A stretch of DNA of 15,329 bases from contig JABLTI010000066.1 in NCBI GenBank assembly GCA_013166835.1, positions 1-15,329 of the forward strand, in the 5' to 3' direction. Below, in pieces: positions 8,686-15,329 of this stretch (positions are counted from its first letter, which is position 1; each line of letters begins with the position of its first letter). The translations under genes were made by a program, and so were the position numbers. The DNA is from Promethearchaeati archaeon (lineage in GTDB: Archaea > Asgardarchaeota > Heimdallarchaeia > JABLTI01). The notes beneath the pieces are model-generated. The model made no database searches. It was not told where the DNA came from and was given only the letters and a program-made list of their open reading frames with translations.

Positions 8686-9198
8686 GTGATCCTTATAGCA
8701 AAACCATTATGCCTTTGTATTTCTGTTATGAGTAAAAAGGGTTTAGAAGTAACAAAGGTGTATCCTAATATTTTAAATCAAGCAATTATTAATGAAATTG
8801 CTTTGAAGAGTATGCCATTTGGTGCTAAAGAAGGGGATTTTACAACTATTACTTTATCAGATAATAAAATATTTTCTGGACTTGTTTTTACAGTTCCACA
8901 TCTTTTGAGTAGAGATAATATTGCATCGCTAATTGCTGTGTTTGAATCCATGAGTTATAATGCAGAGATTTTACAAGAAAATTTCACTCTACTAATTAAC
9001 TCATTAAAAGAGTTTAACGTAATCTCATCAGATAAGGTTACAGATCTTCTACCAGAGATATTTGCAGGCATTAAACTAGAGAAATTTAACTTGAACATTA
9101 AACGTGGAAAGAATATAACATTTAATTTTACAAATCTTGATGCAAAATTTGTGAAGAAAGATAAGTTAAAAGAATTCACAAGTGATGTTTGGGGCTAA
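8686..9198 (+). CDS. Hypothetical protein, putative uDENN/longin-like fold (AVL9/DENN-like)
   Basis: The pattern hydrophobic strand-KKGxEVxxxYP...IALKSMPxGA...DF...hydrophobic strand...R...SLIAV resembles uDENN modules as I recall them. The start codon is uncertain (GTG 8686, ATA 8695 or ATG 8728). The gene itself is likely real and the fold call is tentative. Confidence 0.5.
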   Translation: MILIAKPLCLCISVMSKKGLEVTKVYPNILNQAIINEIALKSMPFGAKEGDFTTITLSDNKIFSGLVFTVPHLLSRDNIASLIAVFESMSYNAEILQENFTLLINSLKEFNVISSDKVTDLLPEIFAGIKLEKFNLNIKRGKNITFNFTNLDAKFVKKDKLKEFTSDVWG

Positions 9199-9236
9199 AC
9201 CAAAAGATACAAAACTGGAAACATAAATCTCTAACT

Positions 9237-10058
9237 ATGGAGATTACTGCTTATACTTGGTATTTCTTAATAACAGCTACTATTGTATGTGTCGCATTAA
9301 TAATCTCCAATATAATATTTCTGAGACACTATCTCAAACTAAAAACACCAGGATCAATTCTATTACTGCTAACATATTTTCTTTTTACAATAGGAGAAAT
9401 ATTAAATACAACAGGATTGTGGTATTATACCTTTGTTTCAGAAACAAGCCCTATCAGTGGATATTTTGAATTAAACTTCGCTTTCTTTTATGCCGTGGGT
9501 TACATTTTCTTCTACTTCTTTGCTAATAGACATATACTTGAAGACAATGATTTAGTGAAATCTCTAACCGCTATTATATTAACGATAATTATTAGTGTAA
9601 CCTCATCTTTAATGTATGTAGAATTAGTCTATCAAAATGTGGATCCTATTTTTTATAATGAAATTATTGTAATTGGACCAAATTTAAAACAATATTTACC
9701 AACTATGTTGGCAGGATTAATGATTTTCATTCCAATATTTTTGTTCATACATTTACGAATTATTATTGGTATTACTAAGCTAAGAAGAAGTATTGAAGAC
9801 TCTGTTTCTAAAACAGGATTCACTTTTATACTCTTTACAATAATCAGCTTTGTTTTATCTGCATTAATTGCTAGTACATTCATAATGCCAAATGTTGGAA
9901 ATTATCCCAGATTATATACAACACTACATTCCTTAAGAATTCTAACAATAATTATTGCTGTCCTGCTCGGGTATTTTGGATGGACCCTTCCAAACTGGTT
10001 AAAGAAAAGATTACAAAAGAGAGATGCAAAAAAACTTGAGCAAAATAATGTTAGTTAA
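9237..10058 (+). CDS. Stand-alone 7-transmembrane protein of unknown function
   Basis: Seven hydrophobic segments counted by eye, basic loops after TM1 and TM5, and a C-terminal GWTLPNWLKKRL. ATG 9237 is preferred over the overlapping TTG 9189. Confidence 0.75.
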   Translation: MEITAYTWYFLITATIVCVALIISNIIFLRHYLKLKTPGSILLLLTYFLFTIGEILNTTGLWYYTFVSETSPISGYFELNFAFFYAVGYIFFYFFANRHILEDNDLVKSLTAIILTIIISVTSSLMYVELVYQNVDPIFYNEIIVIGPNLKQYLPTMLAGLMIFIPIFLFIHLRIIIGITKLRRSIEDSVSKTGFTFILFTIISFVLSALIASTFIMPNVGNYPRLYTTLHSLRILTIIIAVLLGYFGWTLPNWLKKRLQKRDAKKLEQNNVS

Positions 10059-10378
10059 ACCATCCTATGAAGCTGACAACCATGTTATGCAATAATACTA
10101 CTGATAAGAGTTCCAATAACACCTAGAAGAGCAAATAAATTAAGCTTAAACCATCTTTCTTCAGGTATTTCACCTATCACTCTCCAATAAAAAACCCTAG
10201 TCATCATTATTGATAGCCTTTTTCCGTTATTTGTTAGCATATTTCCTATATCGTGCAATTTAAATTTAATGAGAATAAGTATTATTGTGAGAGAAAGCAG
10301 GTGAACTAAATCACTATTTCTATATTTTATTGCTTTCTCTCCTCCCTCCCCCAAATTCTCAGAATTAACTTTGGACAG

Positions 10379-11452
10379 CTACATTTTAGCTTTTTCACGA
10401 CTCACTTTTGCTTCTAAGCTGTTACCCATTTCTTCATAAATGTCAGCGATAACAAACCAATGACTCTTATCATGTGGTTCGAATTCAGCTATTTTTTTCC
10501 AAACAACAAGAGCTTGTTGAAACATCTTTTTCTCTTTTAAAATAAGACCACTCTTTTTGAAATACTTCATACCTCTTCTGATTTGTTTCTTTTCAATGTA
10601 GAGAGTGACTAATTCAGTTAAACCTGTTAGATCCTTTGGATCAAGAGACAAACCATGAGCACCAAATTCATCGGCTTTCTCTTTTAATCCCATTTCTTCG
10701 TAGAGTGTTACAAGATAAAACCAATAATTGGGATCTTTGGGATAATCATTGAATCTCTTCAGTTTTTTAAGAATAATATAATGTATATTGTAAATCATTA
10801 AGCGGATTTTATGGATCTCCATGAACCACATTCCAGAAGATTCGTACATTCTATCAATAGCAATGGGATAATATTCCTTATCCTTTGGTATGAAAAATGC
10901 GAAAGAATAATCTGGAAAAAGCAAATTAAAGAATCGAGCAGTACTTTTGATAATCTTCACTAATGGAGTATTGTTTTTTATCCTATAATAATCAATTACT
11001 TTTTTTGTCCAAAACTCAAATGCTTGTTCTCGATATTCTGGTATTTTTTCAAAAGGTCGTAAACCTATTTTTGAAATTATTTCAGAGTATTTTGCAGGAT
11101 TATCCATCTCGAGCAAGTCAAGAATTTTCATATAAGATGCTCGAACGTATTTTTGCATCATGAGAACGTCTTCTGTTGGAGGTTCCTTATCAGGTTTAAA
11201 AGCAGAAAATAAATCATCCATTGGATCAGAACCAGGAGGAGGAGCTTTTCGAACAAGAAGACATTCATCACCATGTTCTAAACCAATAGTATCAACTCTA
11301 TAGTTTGGAAATTGAGTTTCAAAATAATTTTGAATAGCAGACACAACATTCTCTAAAGAGTAGAATTTTCGCTCATCTACTGATTCAATGATTATTTTTG
11401 CCCACTCATTTTTTTGTTCTTCACTTGGTTCAGGAATTGGAGGGTTACTCAT
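10379..11452 (-). CDS. Protein with a duplicated N-terminal domain and about three C-terminal TPR repeats
   Basis: YPKDPNYWFYLVTLYEEMG, LDPKDLTGLTELVTLY and FEPHDKSHWFVIADIYEEMG. Internal repeat at offset 131 aa. Confidence 0.78.
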   Translation of the reverse strand: MSNPPIPEPSEEQKNEWAKIIIESVDERKFYSLENVVSAIQNYFETQFPNYRVDTIGLEHGDECLLVRKAPPPGSDPMDDLFSAFKPDKEPPTEDVLMMQKYVRASYMKILDLLEMDNPAKYSEIISKIGLRPFEKIPEYREQAFEFWTKKVIDYYRIKNNTPLVKIIKSTARFFNLLFPDYSFAFFIPKDKEYYPIAIDRMYESSGMWFMEIHKIRLMIYNIHYIILKKLKRFNDYPKDPNYWFYLVTLYEEMGLKEKADEFGAHGLSLDPKDLTGLTELVTLYIEKKQIRRGMKYFKKSGLILKEKKMFQQALVVWKKIAEFEPHDKSHWFVIADIYEEMGNSLEAKVSREKAKM

Positions 11453-11666
11453 TTACAAACACCATTAACTGATTATCTTCTTACTACTTGTTTTAGAATT
11501 TTTCCAAGAAAAACTCGTTTAATTCTTCTTTTTCTTTCACCATTTAAATGAAAATCAAAAGAATTCTATTGTTAATTTTATAGTAATTCTTATTATTTGA
11601 AGCGCTATAGCCTAATTAGTAAAAATTCTTTGTTCTATAGTTATATAAAAAATTGGTAGGATTAAA

Positions 11667-14333
11667 ATGAAAAAAAGGTTAATTGGGCTTATTCTTGTGT
11701 TGATGTTTACAACTGTTTTTACACCGTTTACAACTAGTGTAGCAGTAAGAGAAGAAGCTAATTTGGAAATGGCAACAAATAGCATCCCAAATGATGTAAT
11801 CAAAGACTTAGTACTAGAAGCAGTTTCTGATAACATCACACAAATTGATGCTTGGGATAACAACTATTATGCACAAAACAATGTGGATGTAGAAGGAAAT
11901 ATTGCTTTCATAAGTTGTTATGGAGATGGGTTATTAGCTGTTAACGTAAGTAGTCCAATAAATCCGTACATTGTTGGACAATATCAAATAGGCGGTAATC
12001 GATACTTACAGGATGTTTACGTTTTAGGTGATATCGCGTATTTAGCCTGCGATACTTACGGAGTAGTTTCGTTAAATGTTTCAGATCCAACGAATATGTA
12101 TCAATTAGATAGATATGATACCACAGGGGCTGCTTATGATTTAGTTGCTGACGGAAATTTTGTTTTTGTGGCAGGATTAACCGGGGGAATGCAAATAATC
12201 GATATAACTGATCCAACCGATATTTTCCAGGTTGGAAATTATTACAATGGGTCAGCTTATTGCTACGAAGTAGAAAAAGAAGGATCCTATATTTATTCAA
12301 CAACTCGAAACTATGGAATGGATATCATCGATATCTCTGATGAAACAACTCCAACAAAAGTGGCAAATTATTACGGTGGATATTCCATCAATGATGTAAA
12401 AGTGAAAGGAAATTATGCTTATTGTGCTTCAGGCAGTTTAGGCTTAGAAGTAGTAGATGTAACAGATAAAGCAAATCCAACCTATGTAAACAGTCAATAT
12501 ACTTCAGGTTCATATTCTAAAATCTTGTTAGATGGAAATACAGCTTATATTGGGAGAAATACAAACCCAATATTAGTGATAGATATCACTACTCCTTCAA
12601 GTCCAACTTATATCACTAATATTGCTAATACAAATGGAAGATCTTTGACAGATTTCTGTGTCAATGAAAGCTATTTATATACAGTATTTGAATACGATGG
12701 ATTTGATATTTATGATATATCACAAACCGCTTCACCAAGTTTAACAGCATCTATCAAAAATTACGCAAATTTCAATGATGTAATTTTAAAGGATAACTAC
12801 GCTTTTGTTGCTAGTCTTTATTTTGGTCTAGTTGTTTTCGATGTTTCTGATCCATATAACATTGTAAAGGTGTATGATGAGAAATTGACAGGTATCTACG
12901 CAAGAAAGCTAGATATCGTCGGTGACTTGCTTTTCTTAGCAAATAACGATTTAGAAGTCTATAATATATCGGATCCAACGAATCCAACATTTATAGCTGA
13001 ATTTACACCTAATAATATCCGTGATATGAAAATTGTGGGAAATTATGCATACTGTGCAGCATATACTGACGGCTTGGTAATAGTTAATATTACTGACATC
13101 TATGCTATGACTTTTGTAAGTGGCATAACTGATGGAAATTACTCACAAGCAATCGATGTAGCAGGAAATTACGCATACTTAGCCTCGCAAAGTGGAGGAC
13201 TACAAATAATCAATATTACCAATATTGCAACACCTGAATACGTCTACAGAAATAATCCTGGAGGAGTTGCCTATGATGTTTGGGCAAAACAAGGTTTAGT
13301 GTTTCTTGCTAATGGTTGGGGAGGATTGTGTGCTTTTAATACAACAGATTTTGAAAATATATTGCATATTGACAATGTAGATCCGGGTGGGTATTCCTAC
13401 GGTATAACCGTCGAAGGTCAGTATATGTTTCTAGCTGATGGTTGGTCAGGAGTACATATCTACGAATGGAGTCCGACATCAGAATTACTAGAAGTTGGGC
13501 ATTTCTATGATGACGAGGGTCATGCATTTGGAATTGAAGTTCTTAACGGAACCATCTACTGTGCAGATACGCAAGGGGGATTAGAAGTTCTCTTGCATGA
13601 TAACGATGGAGATACGCTCTCAAATCACGTGGAACAATATTACTATGGAACAGATATTGACAAAGTAGATACAGATGGGGATACAATCAACGATAATGTC
13701 GAAGTTTATACATACGGAACAGACCCAGCAAATGCAGACACAGATGGAGATGGATTCAATGACTACGAAGAAATAACAGCAGGGGTAGACGGTTACATTA
13801 CAAATCCACTTCGATCAGATAGTGATTATGACTTGTTAAGTGACTACGAAGAATACAATTCCTACGGAACAAATCCATTATTGGATGATACCGATGGCGA
13901 TGGTCTGGATGATGGTTCTGAAGTGTTAGTATATTATACTGATCCGCTAGATACAGACACAGATGGTGATACGATTACCGATCAAGAAGAAGTTCTCCCA
14001 GGAGTAGATGGGTACGTGACAGATCCATTGGATGCAGACACCGATAGTGACGGAATAGAAGACTACGAGGAAATTATTTTGGGAACAGATGGTTTCGTAA
14101 CAGATCCAACAGATGAAGACACGGATAATGACGGTCACATAGATGGAGATGAAATTACAGCAGGAACTGATCCCACAGATCCAAATGATCCCGCACCAAC
14201 TACTTCCCCAAGTCCTACTCCGACATTTACTAGTGGTTTCCAGAATGGATTAATCTTTGGTTTTTCATTGATGGCTCTAGTAGCTATTGTTGTTTGGATA
14301 ACTGATCGTCGAAGAATTAAGTATACAGGTTAA
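11667..14333 (+). CDS. Membrane-anchored surface protein: signal peptide, 14 LVIVD repeats, 8 acidic TSP3-like DxDxDG repeats, PT linker and C-terminal TM
   Basis: MKKRLIGLILVLMF signal. Repeats of V.GNYAY.A....GL.I.D[IV]SDP..P and DTDGDGxxDxEE...GTDP. PAPTTSPSPTPT linker, TM LIFGFSLMALVAIVVWI and RRRIK tail. Confidence 0.9.
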   Translation: MKKRLIGLILVLMFTTVFTPFTTSVAVREEANLEMATNSIPNDVIKDLVLEAVSDNITQIDAWDNNYYAQNNVDVEGNIAFISCYGDGLLAVNVSSPINPYIVGQYQIGGNRYLQDVYVLGDIAYLACDTYGVVSLNVSDPTNMYQLDRYDTTGAAYDLVADGNFVFVAGLTGGMQIIDITDPTDIFQVGNYYNGSAYCYEVEKEGSYIYSTTRNYGMDIIDISDETTPTKVANYYGGYSINDVKVKGNYAYCASGSLGLEVVDVTDKANPTYVNSQYTSGSYSKILLDGNTAYIGRNTNPILVIDITTPSSPTYITNIANTNGRSLTDFCVNESYLYTVFEYDGFDIYDISQTASPSLTASIKNYANFNDVILKDNYAFVASLYFGLVVFDVSDPYNIVKVYDEKLTGIYARKLDIVGDLLFLANNDLEVYNISDPTNPTFIAEFTPNNIRDMKIVGNYAYCAAYTDGLVIVNITDIYAMTFVSGITDGNYSQAIDVAGNYAYLASQSGGLQIINITNIATPEYVYRNNPGGVAYDVWAKQGLVFLANGWGGLCAFNTTDFENILHIDNVDPGGYSYGITVEGQYMFLADGWSGVHIYEWSPTSELLEVGHFYDDEGHAFGIEVLNGTIYCADTQGGLEVLLHDNDGDTLSNHVEQYYYGTDIDKVDTDGDTINDNVEVYTYGTDPANADTDGDGFNDYEEITAGVDGYITNPLRSDSDYDLLSDYEEYNSYGTNPLLDDTDGDGLDDGSEVLVYYTDPLDTDTDGDTITDQEEVLPGVDGYVTDPLDADTDSDGIEDYEEIILGTDGFVTDPTDEDTDNDGHIDGDEITAGTDPTDPNDPAPTTSPSPTPTFTSGFQNGLIFGFSLMALVAIVVWITDRRRIKYTG
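13599..14192 (+). repeat. Eight coding acidic (probable Ca-binding) TSP3-like repeats of 23 or 27 aa
   Basis: Units begin DNDGD, DTDGD, DTDGDG, DSDYD, DTDGDG, DTDGD, DTDSDG and DTDNDG, and most end T[DN]P. Confidence 0.85.
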
Positions 14334-14342
14334 TCGAATTAT

Positions 14343-14380
14343 AATGAGGAAAGTTTAGTTCCTCATTCTTTTCTTATTTT
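14343..14380 (+). terminator. Hairpin plus T-rich tract, putative intrinsic terminator of the LVIVD gene
   Basis: AATGAGGAA (14343-14351), loop AGTTTAG, TTCCTCATT (14359-14367), then CTTTTCTTATTTT. It begins 10 nt after the stop. Confidence 0.65.
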
Positions 14381-14456
14381 TAGTTGTATTTTGATAACGC
14401 AATTATATGTAAGTTGTTGGAAAATAAATTTAACAGAGAAGATTCTTTGGTTGATT

Positions 14457-14975
14457 ATGATTTGTGTGGATATCAGTAAATGCACGGGATGCAAAAGATG
14501 CGAAACTGCATGTGCTTTTTTTCACACAGAAAGAGTTAGTAATCATCTTTCAAGAATTAAAATTTTGAATTTATATGAAATTGGAATTGACAGTCCAGTT
14601 GTTTGTCAGCAATGCAATGAGCGTTACTGCATAAATGATTGTCCAGATGAAGCATTAAGTATTGGTTCTCAAGGAGAAATTCTGGTAAACAGAGATGTTT
14701 GTTCCTTATGTTTTAGTTGTGAAGATGCATGTCCGATTGGGGCTATTCAACTTTTCAATGATGAGGTTCTTGTCTGTGATCTTTGTTCGGGAGATCCTGA
14801 ATGCATTAAAGCTTGCACTGAAAATGCCTTATCTTTAAAATCAAGAGAGGAAAAAACTTCTCTATCTGAGTATAAGAACGTCTCAGTTAAGTTAACACCA
14901 AGTCAAAAACGATTCGAATATATAAGAAAACAAGGAATCGGGTTGCGAAAAACATGGAGGGAGAATCGTGTTTAG
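14457..14975 (+). CDS. Four-cluster 4Fe-4S ferredoxin-like electron-transfer subunit (DmsB/HydN-type) of the AOR complex
   Basis: CTGCKRCETAC, CQQCNERYCINDCP, CSLCFSCEDACP and CDLCSGDPECIKAC. It overlaps the AOR start by 8 nt. ATG 14457 is preferred to the track start 14391. Confidence 0.9.
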   Translation: MICVDISKCTGCKRCETACAFFHTERVSNHLSRIKILNLYEIGIDSPVVCQQCNERYCINDCPDEALSIGSQGEILVNRDVCSLCFSCEDACPIGAIQLFNDEVLVCDLCSGDPECIKACTENALSLKSREEKTSLSEYKNVSVKLTPSQKRFEYIRKQGIGLRKTWRENRV

Positions 14976-15329
14976 ATATGGTTTTGGTGGAAGAATTCTC
15001 AGAATTAATCTCACTGAGAAGAATTTCAAAATAGAAATAATTTCCACCAATTGGATTAAACCACTAATTGGAGGAAGAACTGCTAATACTCAGAGACTCT
15101 ATGACGAATTGGATTCTAACTGTGATCCACTGGGAATGGATAATATAATCATTTTTGGAGTGGGACCACTGACGGGCTCCATTCTGCCTGCTTCTGCTTA
15201 CTTTATTGTTACAGCTAAATCGCCTCTTACTGGAATTCTAGGTGATTCTGCTGCTGGTGGTTCTTTTGGTCCCGAAATGAAACAAACAGGTTTTGATCAG
15301 ATTATAATTACTGGGAAAGCAAAAGAACT
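14968..15329 (+). CDS. aor: Aldehyde:ferredoxin oxidoreductase family (AOR/WOR, tungstopterin) large subunit, N-terminal part; runs off the right edge
   Basis: Manual translation from GTG 14968 (GGAGG at 14956-14960): MFRYGFGGRILRINLT...LIGGR...DPLGMDNIIIFGVGPLTG...KSPLTGILGDSAAGGSFGPEMKQTGFDQIIITGKAKE, the AFOR_N domain. Not in the ORF track. Confidence 0.93.
   Translation, partial: MFRYGFGGRILRINLTEKNFKIEIISTNWIKPLIGGRTANTQRLYDELDSNCDPLGMDNIIIFGVGPLTGSILPASAYFIVTAKSPLTGILGDSAAGGSFGPEMKQTGFDQIIITGKAKE

Noticed and set aside
9237-10058. 7TM protein as a rhodopsin (heliorhodopsin or schizorhodopsin)
   Set aside because: There is no Schiff-base Lys in TM7 and no RY/W-type helix C motif.
10335-10354. 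G-rich tract GGGGGAGGGAGGAGAG (minus strand) as a G-quadruplex
   Set aside because: It lacks four G3 runs and occurs only once.
1582-14138. Other short nested ORFs (1582, 4443, 6998, 7810, 8955, 9257, 9653, 10963, 11612, 11941, 13336, 13947)
   Set aside because: All lie within or opposite well-supported genes and lack recognisable protein features.
13599-14192. Repeated ACAGATGG/ACAGATCC words as a CRISPR or DNA-level array
   Set aside because: They are degenerate in-frame codon repeats of the DTDGD and TDP peptides, with no identical repeats separated by spacers.
14421-14444. INLTEK occurs both in the upstream extension of the ferredoxin ORF and in the AOR N-terminus
   Set aside because: Similarity is limited to six or seven residues encoded by AT-rich codons in probable non-coding DNA, with unrelated flanks. 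Most likely chance.

Overview
This AT-rich (roughly 30% GC by eye), gene-dense window is most consistent with an archaeon, probably an Asgard/Heimdallarchaeia-like lineage. That assignment is an inference from gene content and signals, with no marker gene present. From left to right it contains: the 5' end of a secreted protein (-); an M29 aminopeptidase (-); a tandem GNAT acetyltransferase (+); a membrane-anchored protein with two PPC-like repeats (-); a stand-alone 7-repeat WD40 protein (+); an ECF-type Ni/Co transporter operon (fused NikMN/CbiMN, Q, O); a TPR protein; a small protein resembling the uDENN/longin module of AVL9-type DENN proteins; a stand-alone 7TM protein; a convergent TPR protein with an internal 131-aa duplication; a large surface protein with 14 LVIVD repeats and 8 acidic DxDxDG repeats; and the start of a 4Fe-4S subunit plus aldehyde:ferredoxin oxidoreductase operon. 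The best candidate for an undescribed system is the TPR / uDENN-like / 7TM / TPR cluster (7751-11452), a possible eukaryote-like membrane signalling or trafficking module. I saw no rRNA, tRNA, CRISPR array or mobile element.
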